Shown here: one piece after another, positions 9,353 to 18,387 of the stretch
Layout: the number at the start of each line of letters is the position of its first letter
Position numbering within the stretch: the stretch's first letter is position 1
Origin: Saprospiraceae bacterium
GTDB lineage: Bacteria > Bacteroidota > Bacteroidia > Chitinophagales > Saprospiraceae
NCBI GenBank assembly: GCA_020630735.1
Contig: JAHDIP010000061.1
Span: 1 to 25,163 of the forward strand
Direction of reading: 5' to 3'
Length of the DNA stretch: 25,163 bases
Position numbers and translations under genes: made by a program
Notes under the pieces: generated by a model
Seen by the model: only the letters and a program-made list of their open reading frames with translations
The model's database searches: none
What the model was told of the DNA's origin: nothing

Positions 9353-9973
9353 CTAGTTCCTTGCTAATAATTCGTCAATAGGTTCTACTAGAAGTAAGTT
9401 ATCTTCCAATACTTCTATTACTCTTACTTGCGAACCCGTAGGTAATGTTTCTCCTTCAGTTGTAATGGCATCCAATTCACGAAGTGAGCCATTTATTTTT
9501 AGATGTACTTTGCCATACCCTTCTTTATTGGCAGGTATTTTAAGATATACTTCGCCTGTATTGAATAATGCCTCGTTGATGTCAAGATTACCTTCTTCTG
9601 TTAACTTTGAAAATAAATACATCATATAGCCTACTAAAAGCATCGCAGAAAAACCAGATAAGCAAGCAAAGCCTATTGCTGCACCTGTGCTACCTCCACT
9701 GCGTAGAACTAATACACCAGCCCAACCAAAAAAAGTGAAAAAGGCTATGATGCTTCGAACAGAGAAAATTGTAAAGTCGGTTTCCAATCCAAAGCCTGAA
9801 TCGGGACTATCGGAAGGGATGTCTATGTCTGCATCTGTATCAAAGTCTAAACCGATGAGACTTAATACAAATTGAATGACAAACAATACCGAGAAGATAA
9901 TAGAGATACCCCAAAATATTTGTAAGGTACTTCCCAATGAACTCCACCATTCTCCTAGCGATAAAAAAATCAT
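9353..9973 (-). CDS. NfeD-like membrane protein (YqiJ-type), the usual partner of flotillin
   Basis: Three or four TM helices followed by a C-terminal OB-fold-like segment (GEVYLKIPANKEGYGKVHLKINGSLRELDAITTEGETLPTGSQVRVIEV). It lies immediately upstream of the flotillin gene on the same strand. Confidence 0.75.
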   Translation of the reverse strand: MIFLSLGEWWSSLGSTLQIFWGISIIFSVLFVIQFVLSLIGLDFDTDADIDIPSDSPDSGFGLETDFTIFSVRSIIAFFTFFGWAGVLVLRSGGSTGAAIGFACLSGFSAMLLVGYMMYLFSKLTEEGNLDINEALFNTGEVYLKIPANKEGYGKVHLKINGSLRELDAITTEGETLPTGSQVRVIEVLEDNLLLVEPIDELLARN

Positions 9974-10266
9974 ATGCTTTAAATTAAATAAGACTAAAAC
10001 GAGTTAAATTATTCTCATAGTTCAAATCTATTGTTTGTATTGATTAAAATAAAGGAAATTGTTAAAATTAATAAAATCTATCGACTAAAATCATTCTTTT
10101 TTCGGCAAAATGTATATTCAGCTTATTCTTTTAATTTTTGATATACCAAAACTTAAAAGAATGTTGATAACTGTTTGATAATCTTTTTTATAAAAGTAAA
10201 AGAAAACCTTTAATTCTTTCTACCTTAGTGGAACCAAAAAAAGTCCAATTAAAAAACTAGTCTCGC

Positions 10267-11196
10267 ATGGATGTTAAACTATTTTCTGGAATTAATTCTG
10301 AATATTTAGCTGAGAAAATTGCTGACCATTATGGTTACTCACTTGGCGACAAATCACTCCTGAAATTTTCGGATGGAGAAATGCAGCCCGTCATTAATGA
10401 ATCAGTAAGAGGTTGTTATGTTTTTTTTATCCAATCAACTTTTGCTCCAGCTGATAACCTGATGGAATTGTTGCTGCTTTGCGATAGTGCAAAACGTGCT
10501 TCAGCAGGATACATAACCGCAGTTATTCCATATTTTGGTTATGCTCGCCAAGATCGAAAGGATAAACCTCGGGTTCCAATTTCTGCAAAGCTAATGGCAA
10601 ATTTGATTGAAGCGTCTGGTGCAAATCGGATTATGACAATGGATTTTCATGCCGATCAAATTCAAGGTTTTTTCAACATCCCCGTTGATCATTTAAAGAG
10701 TGAAGCGATCTTTATTCCGCACCTCAAAAAAATTGACCTTTCAAATGTAATATTTGCTTCGCCTGATGTAGGTGGTGTCAAACGTGCTCGTTCTTATGCA
10801 AAGTATTTTGCTAGAGAGTTGGTTATCTGTGATAAGTATCGGAAAAGGGCGAACGAAATTGCAGGAATGACCGTCATTGGTGAAGTCGAAGGAGGAGATG
10901 TTATTTTGGTTGATGATATCGTAGATACAGCAGGTACACTTTGTAGAGCTGCTGATATTTTGATGGATAAGGGAGCAAAAAGTGTACGAGCCTTGTGTAC
11001 GCATCCTGTATTGTCGGGCAACGCTTACGAAAATATCGAAAAATCGGCTATTCAAGAGATTATTGTTTGTGATACGATACCGCTAAAACGTACTTCTAAA
11101 AAAATAAAAGTACTTTCTACGGCTAAGCTTTTTGCTAGAGCAATTCGAAATACACACGAACATCGCTCTATTTCAGCGCTTTTTGTTGAAGGATAA
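10267..11196 (+). CDS. prs: Ribose-phosphate pyrophosphokinase
   Basis: FSGNSNxxLAEKIA-type N-terminus, the divalent-cation/PRPP loop DFHADQIQGFF, and the PRPP-binding motif VILVDDIVDTAGT. Confidence 0.9.
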   Translation: MDVKLFSGINSEYLAEKIADHYGYSLGDKSLLKFSDGEMQPVINESVRGCYVFFIQSTFAPADNLMELLLLCDSAKRASAGYITAVIPYFGYARQDRKDKPRVPISAKLMANLIEASGANRIMTMDFHADQIQGFFNIPVDHLKSEAIFIPHLKKIDLSNVIFASPDVGGVKRARSYAKYFARELVICDKYRKRANEIAGMTVIGEVEGGDVILVDDIVDTAGTLCRAADILMDKGAKSVRALCTHPVLSGNAYENIEKSAIQEIIVCDTIPLKRTSKKIKVLSTAKLFARAIRNTHEHRSISALFVEG

Positions 11197-11240
11197 GCTT
11201 AAAAAGTCCCTTTTAGAATGGATTTCTAAAATAAAATCGT

Positions 11241-11248
11241 TATCTTTG
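11241..11248 (+). promoter_or_regulatory. Candidate Bacteroidota sigma-A -7 element (TAnnTTTG) upstream of rplY
   Basis: tatctttg matches TAnnTTTG and sits 46 bp upstream of the rplY ATG. There is no clean -33 TTTG. Confidence 0.3.
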
Positions 11249-11293
11249 CGTGCATTTTTAAGAAAAAAATAATTCAATATAAAATTATCAATC

Positions 11294-11905
11294 ATGGAAA
11301 CGGTTGCTGTAACTGGAAATCTAAGAACTAAGATCGGAAAAAAAGAAACTAAGGCGGTCAGAGCTGCCAAAGAAGTACCTTGTGTCATTTATGGCGGAAA
11401 TGAAGTAGTTCATTTTTCTGCAAAAGTGAAAGAATTCAAGAAATTAATCTATACGCCAGATTTTAAAGTTGCAGAGATTAATGTTGATTCTAAAAAATAC
11501 AAGTGCTTTATCAAAAGTACTCAATTCCATCCTGTGACTGATGATTTACTTCACATAGACTTTATGGAATTATTGGATGACCGCAAGATGATAGTTGAAA
11601 TTCCTGTTCGTTTCAAAGGAACTTCTCCTGGTGTGAAAGAAGGTGGTGCTTTAAATCAGAAAGTTCGTCGTGTAAAAATCAAAACAACTGCTGATAAATT
11701 AGTAGACGAATTATTTGTTGATATTTCTGAATTGAAACTTGGTTTCTCTGTTAGAGTTCGAGATATCGAATTGCCAGAAGGTATAGAAATTATGAATGCT
11801 TCAGGTATTCCTGTTGCATCTGTTGAAGTGCCTCGTGCATTACGTAGTGCTGCTGCTGCTGCTGAAGGAGAGGAAGGTGCAGAAGGAGCAGAAGCTGCTG
11901 AATAA
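11294..11905 (+). CDS. rplY: 50S ribosomal protein L25 / general stress protein Ctc
   Basis: N-terminal L25 domain (LRTKIGKKETKAVRAAKEVPCVIYGG) and a C-terminal Ctc extension with an acidic Ala/Glu/Gly tail. The prs-rplY order is the conserved arrangement. Confidence 0.9.
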   Translation: METVAVTGNLRTKIGKKETKAVRAAKEVPCVIYGGNEVVHFSAKVKEFKKLIYTPDFKVAEINVDSKKYKCFIKSTQFHPVTDDLLHIDFMELLDDRKMIVEIPVRFKGTSPGVKEGGALNQKVRRVKIKTTADKLVDELFVDISELKLGFSVRVRDIELPEGIEIMNASGIPVASVEVPRALRSAAAAAEGEEGAEGAEAAE

Positions 11906-11931
11906 GAAAAACTTTTTTAAAATATAAAGAA

Positions 11932-11974
11932 AGGCTGTCTCATGTATATGTATGAGACGGCCTTTTTATTTTTG
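11932..11974 (+). terminator. Rho-independent terminator after rplY
   Basis: 12-bp stem aggctgtctcat (11932-11943) paired with atgagacggcct (11952-11963), loop gtatatgt, then ttttatttttg. Confidence 0.75.
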
Positions 11975-11997
11975 TATCTAAAAAAAAACATTGGCTT

Positions 11998-12771
11998 ATG
12001 TCTAATCTGAGAGTATCTATTATTCAATCGAAGCTACATTGGGAAAATATTGATGCTAACCTTCAGATGTTCGATCGAAAAATAGATGGATTGGCTGACC
12101 AAACAGATCTTATCGTTTTGCCAGAAATGTTTACTACAGGGTTTAGCACCAATGCTGCTCTGCTTGCGGAAGATATGAATGGGAAAACTATAGAATGGCT
12201 TAGAAAGAAAGCCTCAGAATTAGATTGTGTCATTACGGGCAGCTTTATAGCCAAAGAAAATGGAGCATATCTTAATAGACTCATTTGGATGCGCCCTTAC
12301 GGTACTTATGAAGTGTATGACAAACGACACCTTTTTACCTTAGCCAATGAGCATGAATATTATACTGCCGGCACCAAAAAGCTTATTGTAGAATTAAAAG
12401 GGTGGAAAGTTTGTCCACTCATTTGTTATGATCTTCGTTTTCCTGTTTGGAGTCGTAATGTCGAAAATTATGATTTATTACTTTATGTTGCCAATTTTCC
12501 TGCAAAGCGAAGTTATGCTTGGAAAACCTTACTAAAGGCAAGAGCTATCGAAAACCAGGCTTATACAATAGGTGTCAATAGAGTAGGAACAGATGGCAAT
12601 GACCTGTATTATTCTGGTGATAGTGGTGTTATCGACTTTATGGGGAAAGTAAGCTGTCAGGTTGCAGATGATGAGCGTATTTTTACCGAAGAATTAAATT
12701 ATCAAGACCAACAAGATTTTAGAAAAAAACTTGCCTTTTTAGCTGATCAAGATCAATTTTATATTCAATAA
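11998..12771 (+). CDS. Carbon-nitrogen hydrolase family amidohydrolase (omega-amidase YafV-like)
   Basis: Nitrilase-superfamily Glu-Lys-Cys triad contexts: LPEMF, DKRHLF, and CYDLRFP. Confidence 0.8.
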   Translation: MSNLRVSIIQSKLHWENIDANLQMFDRKIDGLADQTDLIVLPEMFTTGFSTNAALLAEDMNGKTIEWLRKKASELDCVITGSFIAKENGAYLNRLIWMRPYGTYEVYDKRHLFTLANEHEYYTAGTKKLIVELKGWKVCPLICYDLRFPVWSRNVENYDLLLYVANFPAKRSYAWKTLLKARAIENQAYTIGVNRVGTDGNDLYYSGDSGVIDFMGKVSCQVADDERIFTEELNYQDQQDFRKKLAFLADQDQFYIQ

Positions 12772-12924
12772 AGATGTAATATGGCATAAAATTAGAAGGA
12801 TATTACGATAAGTTGTAATATCATTTAGGCATCTATCGTTTGAGTGATGATAGTTTGTTAATGGAGTGAAAGATATAGATTGTTTGAAAAAATGAAGTGT
12901 AAAATTCTCTAAGTCAGTTTTTTA

Positions 12925-12959
12925 TAAATAGAAAAACGGCTTAGAACAAGTCTAAGCCG
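12925..12959 (-). terminator. Orphan terminator-like hairpin, better formed on the minus strand
   Basis: 9-bp stem cggcttaga (12937-12945) paired with tctaagccg (12951-12959). On the minus strand it is followed by tttttctattt. On the plus strand only the weak ccttctt follows. No minus-strand gene lies immediately upstream. Confidence 0.4.
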
Positions 12960-13052
12960 CCTTCTTACTCGCTGTATCTTTTGTATAACCCTATTAACTA
13001 ACCTATTTAACAACGAGTATATCTTTACTTAATCAATTATCACGCCTTTATT

Positions 13053-13595
13053 ATGAGTAAAAACGCCCAGAAACCAATATTGTTGTTGATTCCGCTTGCT
13101 TTTTTGATGGCTTCTTGTTCATCATTGCAACCATTGACGGATGTTATCTCTAGTTCTGACTTCCCGAAAAAGGAACAAAAAAAGGTAGAACCGAAAACAA
13201 GTGCTACAAAAAGCTTCCGTAAAAATATTGTTAAATATGCGGATGATTATATCGGTGCCAAATACAAATATGCAGGTAGAGGACCTAAGCATTTTGATTG
13301 TTCGGGGTTTACACATTATGTCTTCAAAAAATTTGATATAGATCTTACACCTGTTTCCCGTTCTCAGGCTGTAACAGGAAAGAAAATACCACTCAAAAAT
13401 GCTCAAGCAGGCGATCTAATTTTCTTTGGTAGTAGCAATAAAGTTAGCCACGTTGCCCTCGTCGTATCGAACGATACTAATGGATTAAAAGTAATACATA
13501 GCACTTCTTCAAAAGGTGTTATTGTGCAAGACGTATTAGCCTCGTCTTATTGGAAACCTAAAATAATGTTTGTAAGAGATGTGATTGGACGTTAG
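13053..13595 (+). CDS. NlpC/P60 (C40) family peptidoglycan endopeptidase lipoprotein
   Basis: Lipobox LMASCSS. Catalytic Cys context FDCSGF and His context VSHVALVV. The size and layout are typical of C40 enzymes. Confidence 0.8.
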   Translation: MSKNAQKPILLLIPLAFLMASCSSLQPLTDVISSSDFPKKEQKKVEPKTSATKSFRKNIVKYADDYIGAKYKYAGRGPKHFDCSGFTHYVFKKFDIDLTPVSRSQAVTGKKIPLKNAQAGDLIFFGSSNKVSHVALVVSNDTNGLKVIHSTSSKGVIVQDVLASSYWKPKIMFVRDVIGR

Positions 13596-13726
13596 TTTTT
13601 GAAGATTTTGCATAAAAACCGTCCACTAATATCAAAATTCTAATTTTATAATCAAAGCGGCTTTTCTTTAATAAATTCGAGAAAAAATATGTATTTTCGT
13701 GCCTGTTTGATTAAAAATTTTAGAAA

Positions 13727-14296
13727 ATGATAAATTTAATTCTTTTTGGCCCTCCTGGCTCGGGCAAAGGAACACAGGCAGAAAGTCTAGTAAAAAAATA
13801 TAATTTACTACATATCTCTACTGGAGATTTGTTTAGATATAATATCAAAAACTCAACGCCTCTTGGTTTAGAAGCAAAAAGCTATATAGACAAAGGTGAT
13901 CTTGTGCCTGATTCTGTAACAATCAATATGCTAAAAGCTAAAGTGGATGAAAATCCAGATGTTAAAGGTTATATCTTTGATGGTTTTCCGCGTACTATTC
14001 CGCAGGCTCAGGCTTTAGATGAACTCTTATCGCCAAGTGGTGGAGTTTCTAGTTTATTAATGTTAGATGTACCTGATGAAGAGCTAGTCAAGCGATTGCT
14101 AAATAGAGGTAAAACATCTGGTAGAGCGGATGACCAAGATGATCAAATTGTACGAAATCGTTTGTCTAACTATAAAAAAGATACTATTCCTGTTTTTGAT
14201 TATTATGTCGATGAAGGAAAGTCGGTAAAGATTTGGGGAGTAGGTTCTTTAGAAGAAGTATTTGCACGTCTATCTCTTGAGTTAGACCGCCTGTAA
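13727..14296 (+). CDS. adk: Adenylate kinase
   Basis: P-loop GPPGSGKGTQA. NMP-binding region (TGDLFR). Short LID region (no zinc-finger cysteines). Confidence 0.9.
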   Translation: MINLILFGPPGSGKGTQAESLVKKYNLLHISTGDLFRYNIKNSTPLGLEAKSYIDKGDLVPDSVTINMLKAKVDENPDVKGYIFDGFPRTIPQAQALDELLSPSGGVSSLLMLDVPDEELVKRLLNRGKTSGRADDQDDQIVRNRLSNYKKDTIPVFDYYVDEGKSVKIWGVGSLEEVFARLSLELDRL

Positions 14297-14365
14297 AAGA
14301 AATAAAAAATATTGCATAAATGGTCGGGTAGTCTTCGCTGCTCGACCTTTCAATTTTATAATACA

Positions 14366-15358
14366 ATGGCAGATCAAAATTTTGTAGATTATGTAAAAAT
14401 ATGTTGCCGTACTGGCGCTGGAGGGGCTGGGTCTGCTCATTTTGCTAGAAGCCGAATTGATCCTCAAGGTGGGCCTGATGGTGGCGATGGTGGTCGTGGT
14501 GGTCATATCATCTTGAAGGGAAATAGAAATGTTTGGACCTTGCTTCCACTAAAATTTAGAAAACATGTAATCGCAACTGCTGGACAAAACGGAAGTGAAA
14601 ATCAACGATCAGGTGCGAATGGAAAAGATATTATTTTGGATGTTCCGCTTGGCACGATTGCAAAAGATGCAGAAACAGGCGAAGTGCATTTCGAAATAAC
14701 AGAACATGAGGAAGAAATTATTTTAGTAGAAGGCGGTAGAGGCGGTAGAGGGAATGTTCATTTCAAATCGCCAACGAATCGTTCGCCTCGCTATGCCCAA
14801 CCAGGCGAGCAAGGGAAAGAAGAATGGAAGATCTTAGAATTAAAGGTATTAGCTGATGTCGGATTAGTTGGTTTTCCGAATGCTGGTAAATCGACTTTGC
14901 TTTCGGTAATTACTGCTGCCAAACCTAAAATTGGTGCTTATGCTTTTACAACAATAGTTCCCAATTTAGGTATTGTAAAATATCGGGATGCGCATTCGTT
15001 TATTATGGCAGATATTCCTGGAATCATCGAAAAAGCACACGAAGGTAAAGGACTCGGGCACCGATTTTTGAGGCATATTGAACGAAATTCGGTTTTACTA
15101 TTTATGATACCTTGTGACTCTGATGATATTAAAAAAGAATATGCTATTCTGAAAAATGAACTAGCAATGTATAATAGTGAGTTATTGGATAAGCCTCATA
15201 TTCTAGCAATCACAAAGTGTGATCAAATAGATGAAGAGCTGAAGGCTTTATTGGAAAATGAATTGCCAGAGGGGATTCCTGCATTATTTATTTCATCGGT
15301 TGCTCAGCAAGGATTGACAGAATTAAAAGATTTGCTTTGGTCAAAGCTGAATAATTAA
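14366..15358 (+). CDS. obg: GTPase Obg/CgtA
   Basis: Obg-fold N-terminus (FVDYVKI..., Gly-rich GGxGGxGG repeats) and GTPase G1-G4 motifs ([17 protein letters not shown]). The track start at 14312 is TTG. I used the ATG at 14366 (MADQNFVDY). Confidence 0.85.
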   Translation: MADQNFVDYVKICCRTGAGGAGSAHFARSRIDPQGGPDGGDGGRGGHIILKGNRNVWTLLPLKFRKHVIATAGQNGSENQRSGANGKDIILDVPLGTIAKDAETGEVHFEITEHEEEIILVEGGRGGRGNVHFKSPTNRSPRYAQPGEQGKEEWKILELKVLADVGLVGFPNAGKSTLLSVITAAKPKIGAYAFTTIVPNLGIVKYRDAHSFIMADIPGIIEKAHEGKGLGHRFLRHIERNSVLLFMIPCDSDDIKKEYAILKNELAMYNSELLDKPHILAITKCDQIDEELKALLENELPEGIPALFISSVAQQGLTELKDLLWSKLNN

Positions 15359-15477
15359 AATCAAAATTAAAGGGTAAATAAAAATGAAAAACTAAGACAT
15401 AACATTCTTGTGTTGCTACAATGTAAATTCAAATAGATTTTCATTTTTATTTAAATTTTCACTTTTATTCTACTATC

Positions 15478-16914
15478 ATGTCTACCATAGAAACACAATT
15501 ATCCGCATTATTTGAAGAATGGGCAGGCGAAAAAACAACACTCATTTTGCCTATCGCTCCTTCTGGTTCTGATCGGGTTTATTATCGCATAAAAGGAACA
15601 AGCAAAACAGCAATAGGCACGTTTAATCCAGACGAAAAAGAAAACCATGCCTTCCTTGTTTTTTCTAAACATTTCAAAGCAAAAGGAATTAATGTTCCTC
15701 AAATTTATGCCGAAGGAAAGAACTCTAAAATTTATTTGCAAGAAGATATTGGCGATACAGCACTGTATGATCTTTTAATGAAAGCGAAAGGTGATTTTTC
15801 GGATGAACTATTAGATTTGTATAAAACGGTTGTAGAACAATTGGCTTTTTTACAAATTAATGGAGGAGAAGGACTTGATTATGCTGTTTGTTATCCTCGT
15901 GCTTTTTTTGACGAACAATCCATGCTTTGGGATTTACAATCGTTTAAATACTATTTTGTCAAACAAGTGAAAATTACCTTTGACGAACAGGCATTAGAAA
16001 AAGACTTTAATACTTTTGTCAACTATCTTCAAGCAGCCGATTGTAGTCATTTTATGTTTAGAGATTTCCAGTCTCGCAATATTATGATCAAAGATGGGGC
16101 GCCTTATTTTATCGACTATCAAGGTGGACGAAAAGGTGCTTTACAATATGATTTAGCCTCGTTACTTTTTCAGGCGAAGGCCAATATTCCACATTCGATT
16201 CGGCAAGATTTATTAGACTATTATCTTGATGCTGTAGCCGCTTTAAAAGATATTGACCGAAAGCAATTTACGGACTTTTATTATGGCTATGTCTTGATCA
16301 GGTGTTTACAAGTGATGGGAACTTATGGTTTTAGAGGGCTGATCGAACGCAAGGCGCATTTTTTGAGCAGCATTCCGTTTGCGATCAATAATATCAAATG
16401 GCTTTTAGCAAATATAGACTTACCTGTTGACTTGCCAGAATTATCAAAAGTACTACATGCGATTACAGAGCTTAAGCAGTTTGAGCCCAAAACATCAGAG
16501 CATAAAAAGTTGACAGTAAAAATCAGCAGTTTCTCTTACAAAAAAAGTGGAATCCCCAGCGATGCTTCTGGTAACGGAGGAGGCTTTGTGTTTGATTGTC
16601 GTTTTATCCACAATCCAGGTCGTTATGAACCTTATAAACGGCAGACTGGACGTGACGAACCTGTCATGACTTTCTTAGAAGAAAAAACGAAGATGAATGA
16701 TTATGTAACACATGTTCATTCTGTTGTTAGCCATGCTGTAGAGAATTATTTAGAACGAGGTTTTCAAAACCTGATGGTGAGTTTTGGTTGTACAGGCGGT
16801 CAACATCGGTCGGTTTATATGGCAGATAAATTAGCTACTTACCTTAGCGAAAACTATGATGTCGTAATTGATCTCCAACACATCGAACAAGAAAAAAAGA
16901 ACTGGGTGAATTGA
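15478..16914 (+). CDS. Fusion protein: N-terminal APH/CotS-fold kinase-like domain (about 330 aa) plus C-terminal RapZ (YhbJ) C-terminal domain
   Basis: N-terminal half has aminoglycoside-phosphotransferase-fold signatures: GSDRVYYRI nucleotide loop, catalytic-loop-like FRDFQSRNIMI, and FIDYQGG. C-terminal ~140 aa align closely to the E. coli RapZ C-terminal domain (SFSYKKSGIP...VFDCRF..NPG....TG.DEPV..FL...; FGCTGGQHRSVYMADKLA versus IGCTGGKHRSVYIAEQLA). Confidence 0.75.
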   Translation: MSTIETQLSALFEEWAGEKTTLILPIAPSGSDRVYYRIKGTSKTAIGTFNPDEKENHAFLVFSKHFKAKGINVPQIYAEGKNSKIYLQEDIGDTALYDLLMKAKGDFSDELLDLYKTVVEQLAFLQINGGEGLDYAVCYPRAFFDEQSMLWDLQSFKYYFVKQVKITFDEQALEKDFNTFVNYLQAADCSHFMFRDFQSRNIMIKDGAPYFIDYQGGRKGALQYDLASLLFQAKANIPHSIRQDLLDYYLDAVAALKDIDRKQFTDFYYGYVLIRCLQVMGTYGFRGLIERKAHFLSSIPFAINNIKWLLANIDLPVDLPELSKVLHAITELKQFEPKTSEHKKLTVKISSFSYKKSGIPSDASGNGGGFVFDCRFIHNPGRYEPYKRQTGRDEPVMTFLEEKTKMNDYVTHVHSVVSHAVENYLERGFQNLMVSFGCTGGQHRSVYMADKLATYLSENYDVVIDLQHIEQEKKNWVN

Positions 16915-16998
16915 TATTAAAATTCTGCGCTCATGGTCATTTTTTTTACCTTATAATTTCTTATATGATTAACTGTTTGGTATATAAATTTTAGCTGG

Positions 16999-17607
16999 CT
17001 AAGAAGAAAGCAAATGCTGCATTAAGAGTTGAAAATCTGATGCTTCTTGAAATTTATGATCTTTGTAAGCTGTTGCACTGAATTTTAGATTAATTACTTT
17101 CTCATCTCGAAGAAGCATTTCGATATTAATATTACCAAATTGTTGGTTAAATTTTTTTTCTTCGTCTTCTGCTTTTACTTTGAAAGACGGTTTGAGATAA
17201 TGGCGGTTGATCGTTTCTACCCAAGTGTTGCGTGTAAAAGTACGTGTGTCCGAAACATATCTTTTGTAGTGGAGGAGTAGAATACGGTTTTTTAAGTAAT
17301 CAAAAAAGTGCGTAATTTCCTCTACATTATATCCCGTTTTATTGAAATGTACTACAAAGCCTTTGGATGAAGTTGTATTTAAAAAATCAATGGTTTCTTC
17401 TACATTCGAAGGAGTGGATAAAAATGTAGTGTACTGATGGTCTAGCCAATCGATTAAGCGTCGTTTTACTAAGGAGTTTGTCCAGCGCTCATAGTCTGTT
17501 TTTTCTTCTGTAGTTCGCTCTATAACTTCATGAATGAATGGTTTGGTCGAAGAACTTTCTTCAGCATCTTGAAATAAACTTTTGATGTATTGCCAGAGTT
17601 TTGCCAT
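16999..17607 (-). CDS. Hypothetical soluble protein, translationally coupled to the upstream YhhN-family gene
   Basis: ATG at 17607 directly abuts the TAA stop (17608-17610) of the upstream gene. No TM segments and no motif I recognise. Confidence 0.6.
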   Translation of the reverse strand: MAKLWQYIKSLFQDAEESSSTKPFIHEVIERTTEEKTDYERWTNSLVKRRLIDWLDHQYTTFLSTPSNVEETIDFLNTTSSKGFVVHFNKTGYNVEEITHFFDYLKNRILLLHYKRYVSDTRTFTRNTWVETINRHYLKPSFKVKAEDEEKKFNQQFGNINIEMLLRDEKVINLKFSATAYKDHKFQEASDFQLLMQHLLSS

Positions 17608-18330
17608 TTATTCAAATTTTTTATTTAGCAAATCATTTGCCATGATACTACCTTTTGCTAATAGATATTGACTTGTCAAATAAGGAATCATAATTAGTAA
17701 ACGAGGATAGGGGAGTGGTAGTTCAGTAGATTTGAATTTATTTAATCCGATGATGCTATCGGATAGAACAAAACATAGAGCACCAAGTAATAAAATATTG
17801 AAAATAGATGAAGGTAGTTTGCCCGATAAGTTCAGAGAACTAGCCGCCATCATTACAATAACGATACTGTAAACAGCAACAGGGCTTTTCAAATCTTCAG
17901 GAATATCTGGCCACATAAAAGAGAGATTACCTAAAAGAAATAAACCAAAAAAAAGCAAGAGCCAAGGTTTGCGCTGAATCAAGCCCCTTATAGGTGTTTT
18001 GTATTTTAGAAAAGCGAATAGATAGCAAATATGAGTAACTAAAAAACTACTAAGTCCGAGTAAAAAATAAAGTTGTTTTTCAGGGTTATCTTCTACAAAC
18101 ATCAAAAAAGTATCTCCTGCAATCGAAAAAATAAAACCACCCAATATTAATTTGCTAAAAGCACTAGGCCTCTCTTTGGTATTCAGATAAAAGTAAACTG
18201 ACAATAGAATCATCAGCAAAGGCTTCGTTAAGAAAATGAGTACTCGCCAATGTGTGAATTCTGCACCGAGGTTGATGATACTTAATAGTCCAAAAAGGAT
18301 TAACCAAATTTTAGTTTTATCTTGTTGCAT
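17608..18330 (-). CDS. YhhN/TMEM86-family membrane protein (lysoplasmalogenase-like)
   Basis: About seven TM helices with the YhhN-like conserved stretches FSIAGDTF and LSDSIIGL. ATG (cat 18328-18330). Confidence 0.7.
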   Translation of the reverse strand: MQQDKTKIWLILFGLLSIINLGAEFTHWRVLIFLTKPLLMILLSVYFYLNTKERPSAFSKLILGGFIFSIAGDTFLMFVEDNPEKQLYFLLGLSSFLVTHICYLFAFLKYKTPIRGLIQRKPWLLLFFGLFLLGNLSFMWPDIPEDLKSPVAVYSIVIVMMAASSLNLSGKLPSSIFNILLLGALCFVLSDSIIGLNKFKSTELPLPYPRLLIMIPYLTSQYLLAKGSIMANDLLNKKFE

Positions 18331-18387
18331 AGAGTTTTCTTGTTCCTAAAAATAAACATTCTTGGTCAAAACCATAACGATCTTAAA

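Noticed and set aside
11173-11388. 71-aa minus-strand ORF spanning the prs/rplY junction, 60-aa minus ORF 14184-14366, 74-aa minus ORF 14282-14506, and 65-aa minus ORF 21231-21428
   Set aside because: They overlap the ends or starts of confidently called conserved genes (prs, rplY, adk, obg) and terminator structures. They have no signal, no motif, and biased composition.
14297-14365. Weak hairpin (ggtcg...cgacc) between adk and obg
   Set aside because: The stem is only 5 bp with a 16-nt loop and has no U-run, so it is not convincing as an attenuator or terminator. adk and obg are probably co-transcribed.
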